Shown here in pieces: positions 30,957 to 39,776 of a stretch of DNA of 44,295 nucleotides. The stretch covers positions 1 through 44,295 of the IMG/VR virus record IMGVR_UViG_3300034141_000024. One strand, 5' to 3'. Positions within the stretch are counted from its first letter, which is position 1, and each line of letters starts with the position of its first letter. The notes beneath the pieces were generated by a model. That model saw only the letters and a list, made by a program, of their open reading frames with translations, was not told the DNA's origin and made no database searches. Source of the DNA: a virus. A program made the position numbers and the translations under genes.

Positions 30957-33900
30957 ATGGCTGATTCGCTTGGTACTGCCCGCCTAGACTTGGTTGTTGA
31001 CACGACCGATTTCTCCGCGTCTGTCGATCGTGCCCAACAGAAGTTGACCGGCCTGGGTGACGCGGCGCAGAGCGCGTTCAACAAGTCCGATGACAAGGCA
31101 AAGCGCGCTGCGGTGTCGCTCGCGCGTTACATCGAGCTGATGGGCAAGGGTGCGGAAGAAACGCGGCTCTTGCAGGCGGCGTTCCGTGGCATCGACCCCA
31201 CGGTGCTGCGCGAGCTGGAACAGCGCATGGGCCTCGCCACGCTGCGTATCCAGCAGGGCAAGCGCGCGGCGCAGGAACTTGCCGATACGCATGCGTTCCA
31301 GCAGCAGGCGAACGAAGCGCGCCAGTTGGTCAAGGCGAGCGAGTACGTGCGCTTTTGGGAAGACGCGTTGGAAGACGCTGCGCGTGCCGAGCAGAACGCG
31401 GCGCGCAAGACCAATTTCATCAGCAATCTCCAGGCGCAGGCCATCGCGATCAACAAGACGCGATCCGAACTGCTGGAAATGAAGGCTGCTGAGTTGGGCG
31501 TTACGCGCGAGGCTGCGCCGTTCATTGCACAGCTTCGCGCGCAGGAGCGTGCCCTACAGGGCGCCGAGCGCCAGTTGAACAAGTACGGCATGACTGCAAA
31601 GGAAGTGCAGTTTGCGATGCGCGGTGTGCCGGCGCAGTTGACCGACATCACCGTGTCGCTCGCAGGTGGTCAGAACCCGCTGATGGTGCTGTTGCAGCAG
31701 GGTGGTCAGCTCCGCGATATGTTCGGCGGCATCCGGCCGGCTATTGCTGCGTTCGGTTCGCAGCTTGCAGCGGTAGCCAGCAATCCAGTGACTTTGCTGG
31801 CTGTTGCGATTGGTAGTTTGGTGGGCCTCAAGGCACTGCTGGAAAACGAAACCAACAAGCTGACTGTTGCGCTTATTCAGAGCGGCAACGCTGCGGGTCA
31901 GAGCGCGGAAGGTCTGCGCGAAATGGCCGAAGCGATTAGCGCAATGGGTGCGGGCAGTACCGGGCAAGCTCTGGACGCCTTGACAGAAATCGTCAAGTCC
32001 GGTCGTATCGCGGTGGACGTGCAGCAGGAAGTTGCTACCGCAGTCGTGGCGATGAGTAACGCGAGCGGACAAGCGGTCAGTGAGCTGGTCGCTGAGTACG
32101 TCGACATTGCGCGTGATCCGGTTGCGGCTCTCTATACATTGGGTGCGGCACATGGTTTCGTGACCGAGAAGTTGGCCGAGACGGTGATTGAATATGACCG
32201 TCAAGGCAACCGTGCTGGCGCTGCGAACGCATTGGCACGGGCATACGCTGCGGATCAGATCGCGGACGCCGAGCGTGTACGCGAATCCTTGGGCCTCGTG
32301 ACTGGCGCATGGGACGACATCATTCGTGCTTCGCGCACGGCTCTTAGCGACGCAAAGACGTATTTCCACGACCTTGACGTCGGTGCGGCAAACGTCGCCA
32401 AGAATATCCGCAGCTATTTCAGCGGGCTCAGCTTCAATAGTTTCTTCGCCAAGCAAAATGGTTACACGCCGCTGGTGCCCACGGCCCCGGCCGCATCGGC
32501 GCGTGGCAGGACGCTCACGCCGGAACAGCTAGCAGCTGATAAGGAGCTGCGTTCGTTGCGCGAAGGCAATATGTCGCGCGAAAAGCGGCAGGAACTTGAG
32601 GAAAAGCGCATCCGTACGTTGGGTGCGACCCTCAAGTGGCAAGAGAAACAAATCGCTGCGGAAATTGCGTTGTCACGAGCAGCGTTTGCCGAAGGTGGGC
32701 CGAAGCCGAAAAAGCCGCGTAGCACTGAGGGTGCCGAACGCAGCATGGCGCGTGCCGATCTGCGACTCGACCTGGAGGAAATCAAGTCGGCGCTGGCGGC
32801 TGAGCAGGCTGCTATTGCCAACAATCGACGCACGACCGAAGCCGAGTACGCCGCGAAGCTGATCGGCGTCGAGGAATACTATCGCCGCACGCGCGAGGCG
32901 ACGAAGGCTGACACCGCTGCGCAGGAAAAGGCGCTAACGGATCAGATTGCAATCCTGCGTGGGCGTAATGCGTCGGGCAAGGATGGCATCGACATTACGC
33001 GGCAGATCACGCAGCTTGAGGGTCAGCTTGCGAAGGTGCGTGCGGACGGCGGCACTGAACTCGCAGTGCTGACGATCAAGGAACAGGACTCGTTCCGCCA
33101 GCGCGAGCGTGCCCTACAGGACTTCAAGGACAACATTACCGAAGTTACAGAGGGCACCAACCGCGACACGGCGGCGCAACTGCTGCGCATCACCACGGGT
33201 GCGCGTGCGGCTGACCTGGAGCTGCGGCTTGCGCAGGTGTACGAGAACACCCGTAAGGCGCTCAAGGCGCTGAACGACGAAAAGGCGCGTGGTGGTTTCG
33301 TGGGTGACGAAGCGGGCTATGAGAAGCGTCGCGACGAAATCCTGCAAGGCCAAAAGGATCAGATCGCTGCTGTGCGTAGCGGCCAGGACGCTATCACCGC
33401 CGCACAGGGCGAATGGGTCAATGGTCTGATTAGTGGTCTGCAAGACTGGATGGACGCCGCCAGCGATAGCGCGGGGCAGGTGCGCAACATCACGCTCAAT
33501 GCGATGGATACGATCGCTGACGGCATGGCAAATGCTGCGCTGACCGGCAAGCTCGCGTGGAAGGACATGCTGCGCTCGATCCTGACCGACATCACCAAGT
33601 TCCTTGCCAAGCAAGCGGTGTTGCAGTTCGGTCGTATGCTGTGGGGTATGTACGCAGGTGGCGGCGAGCCGAGCGCCGATGCAGTGACACCGATGGCGAA
33701 GGGTGGCGCATTCGATGCGCAGGGCATAACACCGTTCGCGAAGGGCGGGATGTTCACCAACAAGATCGCCACGTCGCCGACCCTGTTCAAGTTCGCCAAG
33801 GGCGCGCGAATGGGCGTCATGGGCGAGGCGGGACCGGAAGCGATCATGCCGCTGCGGCGCGGTCCTGACGGCTCTCTTGGCGTGCAGGCGACGGGTGGAG

Positions 33901-34100
33901 GCGGCGGTGGTAGTGTGGTCGTGCAGATCAATACGACCGTCAACAATGACGGGTCGACAACGACCGAAACTACGCAGGCAGCGCAGGATCAAGCGTTTAA
34001 CAAGTTTGCGGAACGTATGGCGATGATTTCCCGACAGGAAATTCAGATTTCGATGCAGCCGCAGGGCGACTTGTGGCGTGCCGGCGTGAGGATGAACTAA
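30957..34100 (+). CDS. Tape measure protein
   Basis: 1047 aa, largely helical and Ala/Gln/Glu-rich, with hydrophobic segments. Lies after the G/G-T pair. Confidence 0.9.
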   Translation: MADSLGTARLDLVVDTTDFSASVDRAQQKLTGLGDAAQSAFNKSDDKAKRAAVSLARYIELMGKGAEETRLLQAAFRGIDPTVLRELEQRMGLATLRIQQGKRAAQELADTHAFQQQANEARQLVKASEYVRFWEDALEDAARAEQNAARKTNFISNLQAQAIAINKTRSELLEMKAAELGVTREAAPFIAQLRAQERALQGAERQLNKYGMTAKEVQFAMRGVPAQLTDITVSLAGGQNPLMVLLQQGGQLRDMFGGIRPAIAAFGSQLAAVASNPVTLLAVAIGSLVGLKALLENETNKLTVALIQSGNAAGQSAEGLREMAEAISAMGAGSTGQALDALTEIVKSGRIAVDVQQEVATAVVAMSNASGQAVSELVAEYVDIARDPVAALYTLGAAHGFVTEKLAETVIEYDRQGNRAGAANALARAYAADQIADAERVRESLGLVTGAWDDIIRASRTALSDAKTYFHDLDVGAANVAKNIRSYFSGLSFNSFFAKQNGYTPLVPTAPAASARGRTLTPEQLAADKELRSLREGNMSREKRQELEEKRIRTLGATLKWQEKQIAAEIALSRAAFAEGGPKPKKPRSTEGAERSMARADLRLDLEEIKSALAAEQAAIANNRRTTEAEYAAKLIGVEEYYRRTREATKADTAAQEKALTDQIAILRGRNASGKDGIDITRQITQLEGQLAKVRADGGTELAVLTIKEQDSFRQRERALQDFKDNITEVTEGTNRDTAAQLLRITTGARAADLELRLAQVYENTRKALKALNDEKARGGFVGDEAGYEKRRDEILQGQKDQIAAVRSGQDAITAAQGEWVNGLISGLQDWMDAASDSAGQVRNITLNAMDTIADGMANAALTGKLAWKDMLRSILTDITKFLAKQAVLQFGRMLWGMYAGGGEPSADAVTPMAKGGAFDAQGITPFAKGGMFTNKIATSPTLFKFAKGARMGVMGEAGPEAIMPLRRGPDGSLGVQATGGGGGGSVVVQINTTVNNDGSTTTETTQAAQDQAFNKFAERMAMISRQEIQISMQPQGDLWRAGVRMN

Positions 34101-34498
34101 TGGCTTTTGACACTTTTTCGTGGCGGGTTCATGCAACGGCGAGCGGTAGTGCCGAGTTCGTCGTGGCGACTGCGCAATTCGGTGACGGCTACTCGCAGCG
34201 GCAAGCCATCGGCTTGAACAACCGCAAGGAAAAGTGGTCGGCGACGGTCAGCGGTTGGCGCAACGAAATGATCCCGGTGCGTGACTTCCTGCGTAGCAAG
34301 CAAGGCTCGATTCCGTTCTACTGGACGCCGCCGCTGGGCGACCCTGGGCTTTATGTCTGCACGCGCTATACGCCGCAGGATCAAGGCAGCGGTTACTACA
34401 CGCTCAGCATGGAGTTTGAACAGGTGTTCGGGCTCAGCGATGACGTGCCGGGTTTGCCGACGTTGCCTGACGAATCTGACGGTCCGATCGAGGGCTAA
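34100..34498 (+). CDS. Minor tail protein, lambda gpM-like
   Basis: TAATG overlap. FSWRV...AQFGDGYSQRQAIGLN...W...FLRSKQGSIPFYWTPP matches the Phage_min_tail pattern. Confidence 0.8.
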   Translation: MAFDTFSWRVHATASGSAEFVVATAQFGDGYSQRQAIGLNNRKEKWSATVSGWRNEMIPVRDFLRSKQGSIPFYWTPPLGDPGLYVCTRYTPQDQGSGYYTLSMEFEQVFGLSDDVPGLPTLPDESDGPIEG

Positions 34499-34500
34499 CC

Positions 34501-35184
34501 GTGACCATCATCAGCGACGTTCAAAAGCTCAACCCCGGCAATCGTGTTGTCTTGTTCGATCTGGACGCGACGGCGCTTGGCGGGGGCGTCGTGCGCTTCC
34601 ACGGCATGATGAACAACGTCATCGTTTGGAAAAACCACGAATATCACCCGTGGCCGATCCACGCGGACGGCTTTACGCTTAGTAGCGGACAGCAGTCCAC
34701 GCCCAAACTGCGTGTAGGCAATCTCAACGGCGCCGTGTCGCTGTTGTGCCTGATGTATGACGATCTGTTGGGCGCAAAGCTCACGCGCCGAATCACGCAC
34801 GCTCAGTATCTCGATGCGGTCAACTTTCCCGATGGCAATCCCGATGCCGATCCAGACGAGGAATATCCACCCGAACGGTGGTTCATTCGCCGCAAGTCCA
34901 GCGAGAATCGGGAAGCGGTAGAATTTGAGCTGGGTTCACCGCTCGACTTTAACGGTGTGCAGTTGCCGCGCCGCTCGATCATCGCCAATCATTGCACCTT
35001 CCAGTATCGCGGCCCTGGGTGCGCCTACATCGGCCCGCCCGTGGCTACGATCGACGATGTGCCGACGTCTGACCCGGCGCTCGATCGGTGCGGTAAGCGG
35101 TTGCAGTCCTGTCAAATGCGACTGTGGCCTGATGGTATTCTCAACTACGGCGGGTTCCCTGCCGCATCGCTGGTACGGATATGA
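34501..35184 (+). CDS. Minor tail protein, lambda gpL-like
   Basis: GTG start. The C-terminus has four Cys residues (CTFQYRGPGC...C...C), as in the Fe-S-binding lambda gpL. Confidence 0.8.
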   Translation: MTIISDVQKLNPGNRVVLFDLDATALGGGVVRFHGMMNNVIVWKNHEYHPWPIHADGFTLSSGQQSTPKLRVGNLNGAVSLLCLMYDDLLGAKLTRRITHAQYLDAVNFPDGNPDADPDEEYPPERWFIRRKSSENREAVEFELGSPLDFNGVQLPRRSIIANHCTFQYRGPGCAYIGPPVATIDDVPTSDPALDRCGKRLQSCQMRLWPDGILNYGGFPAASLVRI

Positions 35185-35912
35185 AAGACGAAACTCTCGC
35201 TGCGATCAAGGAGCATGCCGTTGTCGAGTACCCGCGCGAAGCCTGCGGCCTCGTCAGCGTGGTCAACGGTCGCGAAAAGTACGTGCCCTGCCGCAACATT
35301 GCAGAGACGCCGTTGGAGCATTTCATTTTGTCGCCCGAAGACTACGCGAGCGCAGAAGACGACGGCGAAATCATCGCGGTGGTGCACTCCCACCCGAATA
35401 CGTCCGCGCAACCGTCGCAGGCCGATCTTGTCGCGTGCGAGTCGTCGGGATTGGAATGGATCATCGTCAACGTGCAACAGGACGCCGGCATGGTGTTTTG
35501 CGGCGACGTGGTGTCGTTCAAGCCGAAGGGCTACGAAGCGCCTTACGTGGGTCGACAGTTCGTCATGGGCATGGTCGATTGCTACACGCTAGCGCAGGAT
35601 TTCTACAAGCGCGAGTTCGGCATCGAGCTGCGAGAGTATGCGCGCCGCGATGAGTGGTGGAAGCATGGCGAAAACCTCTACGCCGAGAATTTCGCAGCCG
35701 AAGGGTTCGTGCAGGTCACGGGCGAGCCGAGGCGTGGTGATGCCATCCTCATGCAGCTCCGATCGAAGGTGCCTAACCATGTCGGCATCTATATCGGCGA
35801 CGGAAAGGTGCTGCACCACATCTACACCCGGCTGAGCAGCATCGACCTGTACGACGGCTACTTTCAGGAAATGACCTACGCTGTTCTTCGTCATGAGAGC
35901 CTGATGCAATGA
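35181..35912 (+). CDS. Tail tip assembly protein, lambda gpK-like (JAMM/MPN + NlpC/P60)
   Basis: HSHPNTSAQPSQAD is a JAMM motif. DCYTL (Cys) and HVGIYIG (His) match the NlpC/P60 pattern. Confidence 0.85.
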   Translation: MKDETLAAIKEHAVVEYPREACGLVSVVNGREKYVPCRNIAETPLEHFILSPEDYASAEDDGEIIAVVHSHPNTSAQPSQADLVACESSGLEWIIVNVQQDAGMVFCGDVVSFKPKGYEAPYVGRQFVMGMVDCYTLAQDFYKREFGIELREYARRDEWWKHGENLYAENFAAEGFVQVTGEPRRGDAILMQLRSKVPNHVGIYIGDGKVLHHIYTRLSSIDLYDGYFQEMTYAVLRHESLMQ

Positions 35913-36568
35913 GCAAGATTCGCACTATTCGTCTCTACGGGAAGCTGGGCGCCAAGTTTGGGCGCGAGTTCAAGTTGCACGTCAACAGTGCGGCCGAGGC
36001 CATTCGCGCGCTCTCTGCGCAGCTTCCAGGTTTCGACGCCTACTTGTCGGGCAGCAAGGATCGCGGCGAAGGCTATGCCGTGTTCTACGGTAAGAAAAAT
36101 CTTACCGTTGATGAGCTGCGTGACATTCCTGGCAACGGCGACATTCGCATCGCGCCCATGATGCTGGGAGCGAAGAAACAGGGTATGACGTCGATCATTG
36201 TCGGCGTGGTGCTGGTTGTCATCGGTGCGGTGCTGACGGTCTATGGCTTCGGCATCGGCATCCCGATCATGAAAATCGGTGCGTCGATGATTATCGGTGG
36301 CGTGGTGCAAATGCTTACGCCCGTACCAAAGGCCCCAAACCCCGGCGATGGTCCCAACAACAAACCGTCGTACAACTTCAACGGTCCGATCAACACGCAG
36401 GCACAGGGGAACCCGGTGCAGGTGATGTACGGCGAAGGCTTCATCGGTAGCGCCGTGTTGTCGGCCGGCATCACGTCCGTGGATATGGCGTATATTCCGA
36501 ACGGCGAGCAGGGTGGTGGTGCGTTGACCTGGGTAGGCGGGTGGAAGAAATTGGTGGGACTGGAATAA
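35909..36568 (+). CDS. Tail assembly protein, lambda gpI-like
   Basis: ATGA coupling. Has an N-terminal ubiquitin-like segment plus central hydrophobic helices. Lies between the K and J homologues. Confidence 0.7.
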   Translation: MSKIRTIRLYGKLGAKFGREFKLHVNSAAEAIRALSAQLPGFDAYLSGSKDRGEGYAVFYGKKNLTVDELRDIPGNGDIRIAPMMLGAKKQGMTSIIVGVVLVVIGAVLTVYGFGIGIPIMKIGASMIIGGVVQMLTPVPKAPNPGDGPNNKPSYNFNGPINTQAQGNPVQVMYGEGFIGSAVLSAGITSVDMAYIPNGEQGGGALTWVGGWKKLVGLE

Positions 36569-36569
36569 C

Positions 36570-39500
36570 ATGCAGACCAAACTTACGCGTTCCATCCGTA
36601 ACGTGATTCGCGGCGCAGGTGGCGGCGGCGAGGAACAGCACACGCCTGTTGAAGCGCCGGATAGTCTGCGTAGCACTTCGTACGCGAAGGTGCTTGACCT
36701 GCTGGGCGAAGGCGAAATGTTCGGGCCGGCTGATCCCGACCATCCATTGCGTTGCGTGTTCTATAACGAGACGCCGATCGAGAACGCAGACGGTTCGCTG
36801 AACTTCCGCAACCTGTCCGTGGCGATTCGTAACGGCACGCAGGTGCAGGAACCGATCAAGAATTTCGACTCGACAGAAAACGAGCTAGCGGTCAGCGTCG
36901 AACTCAAGTACGCAGTGCCCTGGACGCAAGCGATCAACAACACCACGATCGACGCCGTGCGCATCCGCTTAGCCGTGCAGGTGTTGACCAAAGCCGAAAC
37001 CAATGGTGACGTCAATGGCACAAGCGTGCAATACGCGATCGACGTCAACACCGATGGCGGTGGCTTCATTGAGAAGTACCGCAATGCGTTCACCGGCAAG
37101 ACGACGAGTCTTTACGCCCGTACGCACCGCATCGACCTTCCTCCCGCGAACAACGGTTGGCTGATCCGTGTGCGCCGCTTGACGCCGGATTCCACGTCGA
37201 GTGCGCTGCAAAATAAGACGTACGTCCAGTCGTATGCCGAGCTGGTCGACGCGAAGCTGCGTTATCCGATGAGCGCGCTTGTCGGCCACATTGTTGACGC
37301 CGAGCAATTCAACAACATCCCGTCGAGGTCGTACCACTGGAAAGGCCGCATCGTGCAGGTGCCGACCAACTACAACCCGGACACGCGGCAGTATTCGGGC
37401 GTTTGGAACGGCACTTTTAAGCCGGCGTATACCAACAACCCGGCGTGGGTGTTCTATGACATGGTGCTGCATCCGCGCTACGGCCTGGGGCACCTTGTCG
37501 ACTCGACCATGGTCGACAAGTGGGCGCTCTACAAGATCGGCCGCTATTGCGATGAATTGGTGCCGGATGGCTTCGGCGGTGTCGAGCCGCGTTTTACTTG
37601 CAACCTGTACTTGCAGTCGCGCGAAGACGCCACGAAGGTGATGCTCGATCTGGCATCGGTGTTCCGTGGAATCATGTACTACGGCGCCTCGCAGATCGTC
37701 GCTGTCGGTGATGCGCCGGAGAGCCCGACGTATCTCTACACCGCTGCGAACGTGCTTGAAGGGCGCTTCAACTATTCCGGTAGCGACATGCGTGCGCGGC
37801 ACACCGTCGCGCTTGTGACGTGGAATGACCTTGCCGACTTTGGCCGTCAAAAGATCGAGTATGTCGAAGACGCCGAAGGCTTGGCGCGCTATGGCTATCG
37901 CGAGACGCAAGTCATGGCGATGGGTTGCACGTCGCAGGGTCAGGCGCATCGCTTGGGACGGTACATCCTGCTGACCGAGCGTTACGAAACGGATGTCGTC
38001 AACTTCGCGGTGGGCCTGGATGGCGGCATGGTTCCGGCTCCCGGCAAAATCGTGCAGATCGCTGATCCCATGCGTGCGGGCAAGCGCAAGGGCGGGCGCG
38101 TCGCCAGCGTTGAAACCCTGTCCGTGGTCACGCTGGACGATGCGACCGATGTGGTGCAGGGCGACACGATCACGTTCGTGCGGCCCGATGGTCAGCTCGC
38201 GACAAGTACGGTGGCGGTGCGCAACGGCAATCAGGTCGAGCTTGCCACTCCGCTGAGCGTGGAGCCGCAGATTGAGTCGGTTTGGCTCGCGCAGTCTGAC
38301 GAGCTGGCCGCGCAGACCTATCGCGTGATTGCTGTCGAAGACAAGGTGACGGACAACGAGATTCGCTTTGAAGTCACCGCCGTGCAGCATGTGCCCGACA
38401 AGTTTGATGCGGTCGACTTCGGCACGCAGATCAGCGAACGCCCGATCAGCCAGAACGATTCGATCCCGCTCGCGCCGACCAATCTCTATCTGGCGCCGAC
38501 CGTGCGCTACGGGCACGGCGTTGCACACAACTACTTGGAAGCGTATTGGGACCACATGCCCAACGCGCAGAAGTACGGTACGCAGTGGCGCAAGGATGAT
38601 GGTCCGTGGTCCGAGGTCATCGAAGTGCGCGATCCGCACGACTATTGGGAGGGGGCATTTGCCGGCACCTACCGTGTTCGTGTGTGGGGTGTCAATGCGC
38701 AGGGCTTCGCGGGCGAGAGCGCCATCAGTGACCCGGTGACGATCGGCGATCCTGTGCTACCGATCGTTGATCTGGACATCGACAACGTAACGGGCGTGCT
38801 GACGATCGACTGCCGGTTCTCGCAGTTCCGCTTGTTGATCGACCAGGACATCACGCAGACGATCTTTACGCACGTCGCCCCGCAAGACGCCCTGCTGATC
38901 GAAGTGACGATGGGAGGGAACGGCGGGCACACCTGGAACCTGGGAGCCAACGTAACGCCCGTCTCTGGTGTTCCCTATACGCCGACCCCTGCTGTAGGCA
39001 CAACGGACGTTGTAGGGCTTGCCACGAACGATGAGGGCGTAACGTGGTGGCTGACGTCGCAGCAGCCGGAACAGTCCGCTGCTGAGCCCTTGGTCGTGTC
39101 CATCGTGCCCAACCCTGCGATCGGGTCGGCACAGGTGGTCGGCGGCGCTCCGATCGCACCGACGTTGCAGGTTACGTCCAGCGTCACGGGCGGCATGGGG
39201 CCGCATACGGTCAAGTGGACGCGTGCCGACGCGAACGGCGGGCCTGACTTCCTGATCGACAATGACACGCTCCCGGCGCCCACCTTCACGATCGCAGCGG
39301 GTATCGACAGCGTGTCGGCGACACAGACGTGGCGTGCGACGTATACCGACGCCGAGGGGCGCACTGCTGCGTCGCTGGTGCCGATGACGCTTTCGCGCGT
39401 CGCCGAAGGTCAGGGCGGTGGCGGAAGCGGATTCAGCGTGGAAATCATCGGCGACGAGTTCGGATCGTGCGACGCGTACGCGGAAGGCGGGGCGTGTTCT

Positions 39501-39776
39501 CCGATCGTTGGAATGACCGCCGTCGTACAGGGCGCTGGCGAGCATGCGTTGGAGTTCACCTGGGTGCGTCTTGCCGGCGTCGGCGGGTTCTTCTCGGCTA
39601 CCAACACGCAGTCGACGACCTACGCCTTGCAGCAAGGGTCGGTCAACATGGAGCGGTATTACACGGTGCAAGTCACGGTGCGCGACCTCGTTACCAATCA
39701 GACGGCATCTGCGACACATGACTTCACGTTGGTCCGCACTGCCAATTCCGATGGCGGTGGAGGTCAGCCGCTATGA
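36570..39776 (+). CDS. Host specificity / central tail fibre protein, lambda gpJ-like
   Basis: 1068 aa. Conserved J-type blocks include NPAWVFYDMVLHPRYGLG and RFTCNLYLQ. The C-terminal about 340 aa are divergent and carry two Ig-like repeats. Confidence 0.9.
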   Translation: MQTKLTRSIRNVIRGAGGGGEEQHTPVEAPDSLRSTSYAKVLDLLGEGEMFGPADPDHPLRCVFYNETPIENADGSLNFRNLSVAIRNGTQVQEPIKNFDSTENELAVSVELKYAVPWTQAINNTTIDAVRIRLAVQVLTKAETNGDVNGTSVQYAIDVNTDGGGFIEKYRNAFTGKTTSLYARTHRIDLPPANNGWLIRVRRLTPDSTSSALQNKTYVQSYAELVDAKLRYPMSALVGHIVDAEQFNNIPSRSYHWKGRIVQVPTNYNPDTRQYSGVWNGTFKPAYTNNPAWVFYDMVLHPRYGLGHLVDSTMVDKWALYKIGRYCDELVPDGFGGVEPRFTCNLYLQSREDATKVMLDLASVFRGIMYYGASQIVAVGDAPESPTYLYTAANVLEGRFNYSGSDMRARHTVALVTWNDLADFGRQKIEYVEDAEGLARYGYRETQVMAMGCTSQGQAHRLGRYILLTERYETDVVNFAVGLDGGMVPAPGKIVQIADPMRAGKRKGGRVASVETLSVVTLDDATDVVQGDTITFVRPDGQLATSTVAVRNGNQVELATPLSVEPQIESVWLAQSDELAAQTYRVIAVEDKVTDNEIRFEVTAVQHVPDKFDAVDFGTQISERPISQNDSIPLAPTNLYLAPTVRYGHGVAHNYLEAYWDHMPNAQKYGTQWRKDDGPWSEVIEVRDPHDYWEGAFAGTYRVRVWGVNAQGFAGESAISDPVTIGDPVLPIVDLDIDNVTGVLTIDCRFSQFRLLIDQDITQTIFTHVAPQDALLIEVTMGGNGGHTWNLGANVTPVSGVPYTPTPAVGTTDVVGLATNDEGVTWWLTSQQPEQSAAEPLVVSIVPNPAIGSAQVVGGAPIAPTLQVTSSVTGGMGPHTVKWTRADANGGPDFLIDNDTLPAPTFTIAAGIDSVSATQTWRATYTDAEGRTAASLVPMTLSRVAEGQGGGGSGFSVEIIGDEFGSCDAYAEGGACSPIVGMTAVVQGAGEHALEFTWVRLAGVGGFFSATNTQSTTYALQQGSVNMERYYTVQVTVRDLVTNQTASATHDFTLVRTANSDGGGGQPL

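Noticed and set aside
30988-30999. TTGTTGACAC inside the tape measure gene as a fourth member of the promoter family (also GTTGACAC at 4685).
   Set aside because: No -10-like hexamer occurs at 16-19 nt. The site lies inside a CDS with no downstream gene start, so it is most likely a chance occurrence.
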